Assembly (NCBI GenBank): GCA_030390025.1
Contig: CM059432.1
Coordinates: 19,966,001 to 20,030,000 of the forward strand
Direction of reading: 5' to 3'
From: Squalus acanthias
Taxonomy: Eukaryota
Length of the DNA stretch: 64,000 nt
Below, in pieces: positions 12,877 to 24,125 of this stretch; within the stretch, counting starts at the first letter, position 1; every line of letters begins with the position of its first letter. The position numbers and the translations under genes are program-made. The notes below the pieces were generated by a model. That model saw nothing but the letters and a program-made list of their open reading frames with translations, searched no databases and was not told where the DNA came from.

Positions 12877-13065
12877 CTCAATCTGTAATACTGCCTCCTC
12901 TCTTTGTTTTACGGATTCCACTTCATCCTCTGTGACCTCCGAAAGGAAAGCCTGGCTCTGGGCCTGAGCCAGATCTGGAGCTTCAGCCGCGGCCTGCCAT
13001 TTGCTGGACCCTCTGCCAAGGAACTCGTCCTCATCGCTGATCTCTGTAAAGGGGTTCTTGGCAAT
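12877..13065 (-). CDS. TSNARE1: Internal coding exon of t-SNARE domain-containing protein 1 (STX7/STX12-like Qa-SNARE): linker plus start of SNARE motif
   Basis: Acceptor ttctccttattgcag|ATT and donor GAG|gtgagc on the minus strand; 189 nt = 63 codons with no stop: IAKNPFTEISDEDEFLGRGSSKWQAAAEAPDLAQAQSQAFLSEVTEDEVESVKQREEAVLQIE. Aligns by eye with human TSNARE1 as recalled ([53 protein letters not shown]). Confidence 0.85.
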
Positions 13066-15474
13066 CTGCAATAAGGAGAATTCCGTGTCATCTTTTAGTT
13101 CCAAAACTTAAATAATGACAGAACCTTGCAAAAGATGACCTTACCATTGACATTATGACAAGCCAAAACCGCCACAATAGCACACATTGCATCGCTTATC
13201 AATAAAGTAAGTTTTTTGTTAATTGTTGGTACAGGTTTTGTGTCTGTCTTGGTTAGTTTCTCGGGTACAGCAGCGCTGGGTACTTCCTTAAGCATTCAAG
13301 ATTGTGCCCATATTGAGCAGATCTAATTGTATGGGAGCATAACCCAAGGATGTAACAATAGGACTCCCTTATGATGGGAACTGAATATTGTGTCGTTCAC
13401 ACGTGTCCTCATGTGCGCTTCTACGATCTGGTTGAAGGTGGACTGAAACACTAACTGAGACAAGGCCAGAGATGAACTGTTAAGCTGCTTTATTTTATGG
13501 ACAGCTAGGGTACATACAGAGTAACCATCAAAGGAAATTCCATTTACCTCATTTAATCTCCTTGAAAAATATGGAAAAATAATAAACCACGCACCCTGTC
13601 CCTTTCACGGGATGATGTACTTACTTTTGGCATTACCTTTTTTCTAGATAACTTCTAACTGCAGAAAGTGACGTGGTTGCAGTTCAGATTCCATTTTAGG
13701 ACTCCATGACTACCATCTCACAATCTCTGCCTATGTACAAGCTGCCTGCCTATATATCCCTTTGTCCTTTTTTCTGTATTCCCAGCCAGAAGAGGGTTGT
13801 GATGTTGACTTTTTCCCTGTTAATGATGTCCCAGTCGGCCTGTCAATGAAAAAAAATACACAGCTACCTCGCCTTCCACCTTGCGGTATAAAATAAAGAT
13901 CTCCTACTGGTCTCAAAATGAATGGGGGCCATTCTGGCTAATGCGCCTGGCATGAGGCAATTGATCCTAATGTACCAGTTTGAGAAAAACGGTGAGCTGT
14001 GATATTCCACAAACTGGCCTGTCTGTCTTTGAAGCAAATCTTCAATGCCTGCAGGCTAGGCCGTCTTTTTTTTAATAAAACTAAAGTGTGCAATTCACTT
14101 TGTTATAAAATACAACACTTCTACATAACTCAATCTCAATACCCTTTCTGGGAAGAAAATAAAGTCAAAAATCCAACTAATCATAACTTGCAAGTTTCAA
14201 AAAGGTGAATGGGGGTTGTTTTAGCTCTGCAAAGACTATCGGGTGAATTCTGCGTTTCCCAAGAGGGCGCTGCTTTCACAGGGAGCATACGTAGGAGAAT
14301 AAAGGCTACGGTTTTGTCGGTCCATCTCCGACCCGTGCTCCCTTCAAGCACATTGCAGAATTATCCCTTATAAGCAGCTCCATTTGTCAAAAAGTATCAA
14401 CTGCAAGTTGTGATCTGGAATGCACTGCCTGAAAGGCTGGTGGAAGCAGATTCAATAGTAAGTTTCAAAAGACAATTGGCTATATAGTTGAAAAGGAGAC
14501 ATTTGCAGGGCTATGGGGAAAGAGCCGGTGAGTGGGAATAATGGATAGCTCTTTCAAAGAGCCGGGCATAGGCACAATGAGCCGAATGGCCGCCTTCTGT
14601 GCTGTGTGATTCGATGAAGTGTGTCTAATGCTGGCAGATTTGCCCAGTTGGGTGTAAGTAATATTTAACTGCATGCACAGGCCTAAGTGGGGTTGTTCTT
14701 TATTGAACGTGATTGACGATGTACTTGACAACTGCCTTATTGCATTGATCTACATACAAATTTAACAGATAGAAATGCTGCTATTACGTTCAAAAACAAA
14801 ATTATTTGTGATCTTTTACGGATCAGACAGAAACGACCAAGCAATAAAACGAAACAGAACACCAAACAGATATTCAAAAAAAATCAAAAAACACCACAGA
14901 ATGGTGGTGGTCATTTTGATAGTGATGTCACATTCCCCGCATACATTGTCGGCCACAGGAGAAAGGGGAGAAGTGGGGAAGGGACAGAGTTCCACATTCC
15001 TTTAAAGGTGCTCAATGCAGACGAGCTCCTGGGAGAGAGACAGCAAAATGACCTCTCAGTGTCACATGCCTAGTTCAACATACTAACATAGGAATTACTC
15101 GACGAAAGAAAGACCAAGGTCCATCTAGATCGTCTTCTACCATCCCGGTAGTCACATGATACAATGATAATGGAGTTGTTGCCTAATCACAGCAATCAAT
15201 CTCTACCAATTAGTCTACAACAGACCCAGGCATGACGCAAAGAAAACCCCAGTGGTGGAGAGCTTTGGGAACCATAGGTCCAAAGTCACCTTTTCCTCCC
15301 CAGCCACGCTACGCTTACCAGCTTATTATTTTCTAAAAGCAATCTATCTATTTCGCATTTGAATTAATCAATACTAACTGCTTCCGCAGGGAACCTGTTT
15401 TAACATTTGAAGTCGGCCACCATTCTCCTGCAGGCCAACTGCATCCGTAGAGGAAATAGTTGTAACAGCGGATT

Positions 15475-18400
15475 TAATAGAGATTTTTAACATTATGAAG
15501 GGTTTTGACCGAACAAATAGGGAAAGCTATATTTTCTAGATTGGGGGGGGGGGGTCAGCAACAAGGGGTCATCAATTCATAATTGTCATCGAGAGTGAGA
15601 AGAGAAATTAGGAGAAAATTCTTTACACAGAGAATTGTTGGAGCACGGAATGCTACGCCACAGGGAGTGGTTGAGGCCGAGTCATTTGCCTCTTTCAACA
15701 GAAAATTAGATAAATATTTGAAGCACAGGAAGATACAGGGTTGTGGGGGAGAGCAGGGCAGTGGGGGAAGAGAGCAGGGCAGTGGGGAGAGCAGGGCAGT
15801 GGGGGAGAGAGCAGGGCAGTGGGGGAGAGAGCAGGGCAGTGGGGAGAGAGCAGGGCAGTGGGGGAGAGCAGGGCAGTGGGGAGAGAGCAGGGCAGTGGGG
15901 GAGAGCAGGGCAGTGGAGGAGAGCAGGGCAGTGGGGAGAGCAGGGCAGTGGGGGAGAGAGCAGGGCAGTGGGTGGGAGAGCAGGGCAGTGGGGAGAGAGA
16001 GAGCAGGGCAGTGGGGAGAGAGAGAGCAGGGCAGTGGGAGAGAGAGCAGGGCAGTGGGAGAGAGAGCAGGGCAGTGGGGGAGAGAGCAGGGCAGTGGAGA
16101 GAGCAGGGCAGTGGGGGAGACAGGGCAGTGGGGGAGACAGGGCAGTGGGAGAGACAGGGCAGTGGGAGAGAGCAGGGCAGTGGGGGAGAGAGCAGGGCAG
16201 TGGGGGAGAGAGCAGGGCAGTGGGGGAGACAGGGCAGTGGGGGGGAGAGAGCAGGGCAGTGGGGGGGAGCAGGGCAGTGGGGAGAGCAGGGCAGTGGGGG
16301 GGAGACAGGGCAGTGGGGGGGAGAGAGCAGGGCAGTGGGGGGAGCAGGGCAGTGGGGAGAGAGCAGGGCAGTGGGGAGAGAGCAGGGCAGTGGGGGAGAG
16401 AGCAGGGCAGTGGGGGAGAGAGCAGGGCAGTGGGGGAGAGAGCAGGGCAGTGGGGAAGAGAGCAGGGCAGTGGGGAGAGAGCAGGGCAGTGGGGAGAGAG
16501 CAGGGCAGTGGGAGAGAGAGCAGGGCAGTGGGGGAGAGCAGGGCAGTGGGGGAGAGCAGGGCAGTGGGGGGAGAGCAGGGCAGTGGGGGGAGAGCAGGGC
16601 AGTGGGGGAGACAGGGCAGTGGGGAGAGAGCAGGGCAGTGGGAGAGAGAGCAGGGCAGTGGGGAGAGAGCAGGGCAGTGGGGGAGAGCAGGGCAGTGGGG
16701 GAGAGCAGGGCAGTGGGGGAGAGCAGGGCAGTGGGGGAGAGAGCAGGGCAGTGGGGGGAGAGCAGGGCAGTGGGGAGAGAGCAGGGCAGTGGGGGGGAGC
16801 AGGGCAGTGGGGGGGAGAGCAGGGCAGTGGGGGAGAGAGCAGGGCAGTGGGGGGAGAGCAGGGCAGTGGGGAGAGAGCAGGGCAGTGGGGAGAGAGCAGG
16901 GCAGTGGGGGGAGAGCAGGGCAGTGGGGAGAGAGCAGGGCAGTGGGGAGAGAGCAGGGCAGTGGGGGAGACAGGGCAGTGGGGAGAGAGCAGGGCAGTGG
17001 GGGGAGACAGGGCAGTGGGGGGAGAGCAGGGCAGTGGGGGAGACAGGGCAGTGGGGGGAGAGCAGGGCAGTGGGAGAGAGAGCAGGGCAGTGGGGGGAGA
17101 GCAGGGCAGTGGGGGAGACAGGGCGGTGGGGGAGACAGGGCAGTGGGGGAGACAGGGCAGTGGGGAGAGAGAGCAGGGCAGTGGGGGAGAGCAGGGCAGT
17201 GGGGGGGAGCAGGGCAGTGGGGGAGACAGGGCAGTGGGGGGGAGAGCAGGGCAGTGGGGGGAGACAGGGCAGTGGGGGGAGAGCAGGGCAGTGGGGAGAG
17301 AGCAGGGCAGTGGGAGAGAGAGCAGGGCAGTGGGGGAGACAGGGCAGTGGGGGAGACAGGGCAGTGGGGGAGACAGGGCAGTGGGGGGGAGAGCAGGGCA
17401 GTGGGGGAGAGAGCAGGGCAGTGGGGAGAGAGAGAGCAGGGCAGTGGGGGGAGAGCAGGGCAGTGGGGGGAGAGCAGGGCAGTGGGGGGAGACAGGGCAG
17501 TGGGGGGAGACAGGGCAGTGGGGGAGAGCAGGGCAGTGGGGGAGACAGGGCAGTGGGGGAGACAGGGCAGTGGGGAGAGAGCAGGGCAGTGGGGGAGAGC
17601 AGGGCAGTGGGGGAGAGCAGGGCAGTGGGGGAGAGCAGGGCAGTGGGGGGAGAGCAGGGCAGTGGGGGGAGACAGGGCAGTGGGGGGAGACAGGGCAGTG
17701 GGGGAGAGCAGGGCAGTGGGGGAGAGAGCAGGGCAGTGGGGGAGACAGGGCAGTGGGGGGGAGAGAGCAGGGCAGTGGGGGAGACAGGGCAGTGGGGGGG
17801 AGAGCAGGGCAGTGGGGGAGAGCAGGGCAGTGGGAGAGAGAGCAGGGCAGTGGGGGGGAGAGCAGGGCAGTGGGGAGAGAGCAGGGCAGTGGGGAGAGAG
17901 CAGGGCAGTGGGGGAGACAGGGCAGTGGGAGAGAGAGCAGGGCAGTGGGAGAGAGAGCAGGGCAGTGGGGGAGACAGGGCAGTGGGGAGAGAGCAGGGCA
18001 GTGGGGGGGGAGCAGGGCAGTGGGGAGACAGGGCAGTGGGAGAGAGAGCAGGGCAGTGGGGGAGACAGGGCAGTGGGGAGAGAGCAGGGCAGTGGGGAGA
18101 GAGAGCAGGGCAGTGGGGGAGACAGGGCAGTGGGGAGAGAGCAGGGCAGTGGGGGAGACAGGGCAGTGGGGAGAGAGCAGGGCAGTGGGGGGGAGCAGGG
18201 CAGTGGGGGGGAGCAGGGCAGTGGGGGGGAGCAGGGCAGTGGGGGGGAGAGCAGGGCAGTGGGGAGAGAGCAGGGCAGTGGGGGGGAGAGCAGGGCAGTG
18301 GGGGGGAGAGCAGGGCAGTGGGGGGGAGAGCAGGGCAGTGGGGGGGGAGCAGGGCAGTGGGGGGGGGAGCAGGGCAGTGGGGGGAGAGCAGGGCAGTGGG

Positions 18401-18510
18401 GGAGAGAGCAGGGCAGTGGGATTAGTTTAAGATTGCTGCGGCCAAAGAGCCAGCACGGAAGCAATGCTCTGAATGGCTAACTACTGTGCTGTAAACGTCT
18501 ATGATTCTAA
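15475..18510 (+). mobile_element. CR1 3' fragment split by an internally expanded minisatellite
   Basis: 15475-15742 encodes RREIRRKFFTQRIVGARNATPQGVVEAES..KLDKYL; the CR1 3' UTR resumes at 18421 (attagtt...gaatggc...ctgtgctgtaaacgtctatgattcta). Confidence 0.85.
15743..18420 (+). repeat. G-rich minisatellite, unit ~18-22 bp GAGAGCAGGGCAGTGGGG(G)
   Basis: Continuous tandem units with an almost invariant CAGGGCAGTGG core and variable G/GA spacer. Confidence 0.95.
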
Positions 18511-18532
18511 ATAAAGGAAAAGTACTTCTGAG

Positions 18533-19729
18533 AAAGAAAGAAAGACTTGCATTTATATAGTGACTTTCATGACCTTAGGACACCCCAAAGCGCTTTACAG
18601 CCAATGAAGTACTTTTGAAGTATAATCACTGTTGTAATGGAAGATATGCGGCAGCTGATTTCCGCACAGCGAGGTCCCACATACAGCAATGAAAATAAAG
18701 GACCAGATAATGTTTTAGAGGTTGATTGAAGGATTCATGTTGGCCAAGACAGTAGGAGAACTCCCCTGTTTTCCTTCGAATAGTGCCATGGGGATCTTTA
18801 ACATCCACCCGAGAGGGCAGACGGTGCCTCGGCTTAACGACTCATCTGAAAAGACGACTCCTCCGACAGTGCTGCGCTCCCTCGGTACTGCATTGACGTG
18901 CCAGCCTAGATTGTGGGGTAGAGTTTCCGCTTTGGGCGCAATCGGCAATTCCAACACAAATTGCGGCCATTTTGAAAAGTATTTCTTTCCCCCCAAGTTT
19001 CCTCTCAAACTCAATTTGCATGTCGCCAAACGCAAAATCTGCCATGAACCAGCAGAATTGGGCAGCACTTCAAAACATAATTTAAAAAAAAATTTGCTTT
19101 AAAAAATTATTCCTTGATATATTTATGAGCGGTAATTTAGTAAAGCTAGATTAATACAGCTGAAAATAGGTTTATCACAAAACATAAGCATTTAACGCAC
19201 AGTGTCAATCCACCACCTGTGAGTAACCCAATTTTAAATGACTGAAAATGACAAAAAAAAAAATCGACAAAACTACTTTCTAGTTAGATTGGGGTACAGT
19301 AGTCAGTTCGCTAGTAAATTCAAAAAAAGTCATTCAAAACCTTTCAAAACGTACCAATTAGTGTTCTTGCACCCAAAAGAACCAGCTTGATTTTTGGAGC
19401 CTCCTCGAAGGCCGGCAAACGAGCGCAATTAGCGGAAACTCCCAATGGTGGGGAATTCACCCTGGGGGGTCGTGGCCAGTTTTGTGGGCGGGGCCTGCTT
19501 CTAGCTTTTAAAACTAGCTCAAAAGATCGTGGAAACTCGAGTTGCGCTGAACACAATTTGTGCTTAGTAAATAATTCCACGTTCTTTTGCGTCGGTTACG
19601 CCGCTATCAGGCGAATTACGCCAAAAAAAACCAGCACAATTGAGCGGAAACTCCAGGCCAATGTGCCCAAGTCTCTGGAGTGGGACTTGAACCAGAAGGT
19701 GAGAGTGCCACCACTGAGCCAAGGTTGAC
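18533..19729 (-). mobile_element. Full-length Deu-domain-type tRNA SINE (SacSINE1-like) interrupted by a MITE
   Basis: Tail (aaag)n-acttgcatttatatag at 18533, body to ~18912; tRNA head (gagtgggacttgaacc...ccactgagcc) resumes at 19661-19729. Confidence 0.75.
18915..19659. mobile_element. Harbinger-like MITE
   Basis: Imperfect TIR GGGGTAGAGTTTCCGCT / AGCGGAAACTCCAGGCC; the SINE is colinear across it. Confidence 0.75.
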
Positions 19730-19964
19730 ACTTCTGCTCTCGGACTTCTTTTTCACCTTACTCTCGCCGATTTTTATTTTGCCTCTTAGGATCTGTGTTT
19801 ATCCACTGGGAACTACACAAAAAAAACCTGGCTGAAAACTGTTCCAAAATATTTTTGTTACAGCCAACTAAGGCCCAGGGGCCTAAATATTGATAGTTAG
19901 GTAATCCGGTCAACTTTCCACACATTCTAAAGCGCCAAAAAATAGGAAGCACAAACACAAATAC

Positions 19965-20206
19965 AAAAGCAAAATACTGTGGATGCTGGAAACCTGAAAT
20001 ATAAACAGAAAATACTGGAAATACTCAGCCGGTCAGGCAGAATCTGAAGATGAGTATCATATTCAGAATGAACAGTTATACATAGCTTCACAGTAGAATT
20101 TCTTTTTTTTTTAAGAGAGAAAAACTTCATTTGAATTTACTTCAGTCAGTGGTACAGTCAGATGCTGCCTGAGCTCCTGAGTATTTCCAGCATTTTCTGT
20201 TTATAT
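19965..20206. mobile_element. Penelope-like element terminal fragments in inverted orientation enclosing a copy of downstream host DNA
   Basis: 19965-20046 and 20159-20206 are mutually inverted and match 21158-21240; flanked by aagcacaaa(c/g)acaa at 19947-19960 and 20207-20220. Confidence 0.65.
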
Positions 20207-20564
20207 AAGCACAAAGACAAGATGAGTTACCTCATCACAACACCCTCAATATGATTGCACCCAGACAACACAATTCGCCACTCATATTCAGAATTAAAAG
20301 TTATGCCTAGCCTTCACAAATAGAACTTTTTTTTTAAAGTGAAAAGCCTCATTTGAATTAACTTCAGTCAGAGGAAAACAGGAACAAACTGCAGTGGTGC
20401 AGTGAGTTAGCATCCTTTACTTGTGGGATCTAATCAAGCTGAGGAAAATCTCCTTTCTCTTGGGAGTTTTAAGCAGCTTACACGGAAGGAGCGTAAACAG
20501 TCCAAGTGGGTGCAGGTCCACGGCACAAAGCTGCGCATCTTGGAAACAAGTTGGCACGACGCCA

Positions 20565-20903
20565 TCAGTCTCCCACAACCCTCCGAGATATCTTTGCTCC
20601 TCTAATTCTGGGCTCTTGAGCGCCCCCGATTTTAATCGCTCCACCATTGGCGGCCGTGCCTTCAGCTGCCATGGCCCTAAGCTCTGGAATTCCCTCCCTA
20701 AACCTTTCCGCCTCTCTATCTCTCTTGCTTCCTTTAAGATGCTCCTTAAAATCTACCTCTTTGACCAAGCTTTTGGTCATCTGCGCTAATCTCTCCTTTT
20801 GCGGCTTTGTGTCAAATTTTGTTTTATAATGCTCCTGTGAAACACCTTGGGACGTTTTACTATGTTAAAGGTGCTATATAAATGCAAGTCGTCGTTGTTG
20901 TTG
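20565..20903 (+). mobile_element. L2-like LINE 3' fragment
   Basis: Encodes RSTIGGRAFSCHGPKLWNSLP...FKMLLKIYLFDQAF; tail ataaatgcaagtcgtcgttgttg. Similar copies at ~2180-2340, 38690-39075 and 55375-55790 (-). Confidence 0.8.
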
Positions 20904-21157
20904 AAGTGCTGGTAAAGGCCTCATTAAGATAAAGAAAGAAAGGCTTCAAGATGAAGTGATGGTATTTGGCAAATGCCTTTTTTCTAGCTTAACCACATGA
21001 GAAAGCAGTACTTCCTGGGGAGGCTGGGAAATCTCCATCCCTGATTCTAGTACTAAATTTTGTTTCCAGCCTTTTCAGCATCTTAAAGTAAGGGGTCTTA
21101 AGAAAGGAAATGAAAGGTCAGTGACCATTAAGGTACCGATCATATTAATTGAGTCAA

Positions 21158-21287
21158 TAGCAAAATACTGCGGATGCTGGAAAACTGAAATAACAACAGA
21201 AAGTGCTGGAAACACTCAGCAGGTCAGGCAGCATCGAGGAGAGAGAAACAGAGTCAACGTTTGGGTCGAACCGTTCGTCGGAACACC
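21158..21287 (-). mobile_element. Penelope-like element terminal repeat with degenerate hammerhead motif
   Basis: Minus strand ttccgacgaacggttcgacccaaacgttgac...gatgctgcctgacctgctgag; core is mutated (CCGACGA, CAAA). Confidence 0.6.
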
Positions 21288-21540
21288 GCTGATCATGCTT
21301 CAGACCTTGAGAGAGACCATGCTTAACTGAAGAATAGTCAGTTGACCGCAGGAAATGGAGATAAGAAGCCTGAGAAAGTGGGAAGCAAGATGTTTGAGAA
21401 ATGGAGTCATCTTCACCCATGTCAATCAATAGAAGTATTGTAAAATGACCCATTATTCATGTACTCTGTAGTGTGGAGATGTAAAAGTTACATGTGAACA
21501 AGACATGATTAGGTTATGCTCAGCCTACAATATATGGGCA

Positions 21541-22075
21541 TTTAGGGAAGGGTGATACCAGAACTGAGAGGTTATAACTATCAGGCACGACTGAAGAGGC
21601 TGGGGTTCACTAGAAAAGAGAAGGGTGAGGGGTGACCTGATAGAGGTCATCAAGATAATGAAAGGATTTGATAGGGTAGACATGGAGAAAATGGTTCCAA
21701 TTTTGGGGGCGACCAGAAATAGAAGCCATAAATATAAGATAATCACCAATAAATTCAACAGGGAAATCAGGAGAACCTTCATGTATTTATATCGCGCTTT
21801 TAACGTAGTAAAACATCCCAAGGCGCTTCACAGGAGTGTTATAACCCAAAGAGTGGTAGGAATGTGGAACAAGCTGCTACAAGTTGAGGCAAATAGCAGA
21901 GATGCATTTAAGGGGAAGCTAGATAAGCACATGAGGGAGAAAGGAATAGAAGGATATGCTGACAGGATTAGATGAAGAGGGGTGGGAGGAGGCTCATGAG
22001 GAGCTTATACGCAGGCATAGACCAGTTGGGCCGAATGGCCTGTTTCTGTGCTGTAGACTCGATGTAACTCGATGT
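21541..22075 (+). mobile_element. CR1 3' fragment with a short L2-tail insert
   Basis: RGDLIEVIKIMKGFDRVD...QRVVGMWNKL...FKGKLDKHM; insert at ~21779-21842. Confidence 0.8.
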
Positions 22076-22544
22076 AGATAAGAAATTAAAGGTATAAAAA
22101 GTAGCAAATTATAACGAGAAATTGGATTCAAAGATTTAGATCAACCTGAATACAGAGTTCAGAACTGTAACATGTTGAATCCCACAATTATCAGGTCTGA
22201 CTGTAAGTATGATATGATGAAGTGTATGCTTAAGTACTATTGCATGTACTATATACTCAATAAATCTGTGAATTCTTGACCTTAATGTTTCTGGAAGCTT
22301 ATTGATTTTGATGAATAGATAAAGCATCTAATCATAAATAAATGCATCTTCTAACAGTCTATACTTAAAGAAATATAGTAAATTAATAGAAACATTCAAT
22401 TAATCATAGCTTCTTTGTTTCTTGTCCCAGTACAACTTGCCAATGTGGAACTGTGATAGGATGACTTACATATCCAAACTGTTTGGACCACAGTTCAACT
22501 TGGATATTTCAGATATATATTTGAAGAGATTCTGTATGGCACAT

Positions 22545-23610
22545 GAGCTTCCTGAATGGTTAAATATACTGCCAGGTGTGGTACTGCATGGATGGTTCCA
22601 GGTTTGGTCCCTGATCTGTGCTGAGTTATCTGAACTGGGTCAGGGTAGCAGTAAGGGTGCTGTAGGGTCCTGGACTAGGGAGAGCAACAAAATCAGCCAT
22701 GTTTACTATTCCTGATTGCTATTTATTTTATTCATTCACGGAATGTGGGCATCGCTGGCAAGGCCAGCATTTATTGCCCATCCCTAATTGCCCTTGAGAA
22801 GGTGGTGGTGAGCCGCCTTCTTGAACCGCTGCAGTCCGTATGGTGAAGGTACTCCCACAGTGATGTTAGGGAGTGAGTTCCAGGATTTTGACCCAGCGAC
22901 GATGAAGCAACAGCGATATACTTCTAAGTCAGGATGGTGTGTGACTTGGAGGGGACCATAGAGGTGGTGTTATTCCCATGCGCCTCCTGCCCTTGTCCTT
23001 CTAGGTGGAAGAGGTCGTGGGTTTGGGAGGTGCTGTTGAAGAAGCCTTGGCGAGTTGCTGCAGTGCATCTTGTAGATGGTACACACTGTAGCCACGGTAC
23101 GCCAGTGGTGGAGGGAGTGAATGTTTAAGGTGGTGGATGGGGTGCCAATCAAGCGGGCTGCTTTGTCTTGGATGGTGTCGAGCTTCTTGAGTGTTGTTGG
23201 AGCTGTATTCATCCAGGCAAGTGGAAAGTATTCCATCACACTCCTGACTTGTGCCTTGTAGATGGTGGAAAGGCTTTGGGGAGTCAGGAGGTGAGACACT
23301 CACCGCAGAATACCTAGCCTCTGACCTGCTCTTGTTGCCACCGTATTTATGTGGCTAGTCCAGTTAAGTTTCCAGCTATCCAGTGATTCCCTCTGGAAAG
23401 TGCGTGTGTATGTTGAGCAAGGATATGACTGATGCCAGCTGTAATACTCAATACATATATATATACTATATACTCAAATAGGCTACCGACACTCATTAAG
23501 GTCCAGATCTAAAATGACAACCTTCTGAGGTAGCAGAGGCTTGCTGGCAGTTGTGGATCCATGCACCAGCATGAAACAGTCCCTTTAGGAGAGGAAGAGT
23601 GGGATTTGCG
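22545..23610 (+). mobile_element. Old tRNA-derived SINE split by a LINE insertion
   Basis: ctgtgctgagtta.ctga...aaaatcagcca...gctatccagtga..ctggaaagtgcgtg. Related copies at ~24240-24655, 40660-40985 and 41325-41685. Confidence 0.6.
22723..23372 (-). mobile_element. 5'-truncated copy of the 33566-36970 LINE family
   Basis: SHLLTPQSLSTIYKAQVRSVMEY...; near-identical to 33570-34230. Confidence 0.9.
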
Positions 23611-23761
23611 GATGGGAGAAGGAAAGAATAGATGTATAGTTGCAGGGCTAAGACAGATTGCTAGTTTTGGGGCCATATAAGTTTAATTCATTGTTTCTGG
23701 TGTTGAACTAATTTAATTGCTGCTTTTGGTAGCAGCTTTCAATTACCGCTATAACTATATA

Positions 23762-24125
23762 CAGGAAACTCTCTTTTAACCGGCACCCAAATAACCGGAA
23801 ATCTCTCTTAACCGGCAAAATTCTTGAGTAGGTAACCGGGGTTTTCCTTCATCTCTCCTTTAAAAATAACTTTAAAAAAAACCCCGAGGCGTTTGCCTTG
23901 TATCGGAGCATGTAGATTGGGAGGGGAATGTGCAGCCCGGGTAGGCAGCGGACACGACAGATGGTCAGCTGGCGGTCCCCGGGGAGACGGAGCTCCGAAT
24001 GCAGGCGCATGTCAGTGTGTACGGGGCTCTCGTACGTTGGGAGATATAACTCTCCATTATCCGGACTTTTTGATTAACCGGCACCACGCCGGTCCCGTCG
24101 GTGCCGGTTAATAAAGAGTTTCCTG
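23762..24125. mobile_element. Tc1/mariner (pogo/Tigger-like) MITE
   Basis: TA target duplication on both sides; 25-bp TIR CAGGAAACTCTCTTTTAACCGGCAC, 23/25 match; subterminal TAACCGG repeats. Confidence 0.85.

Noticed and set aside
13750..13839. Good acceptor (ttttttttcattgacag) followed by ADWDIINREKV...
   Set aside because: No similarity to the expected upstream TSNARE1 exon, stop codons follow and there is no donor; not supportable without RNA data.
15555..18480. Four 894-969 aa ORFs on both strands
   Set aside because: They are translations of a stop-free minisatellite, open in several frames at once, with no domain content beyond a CR1 remnant.
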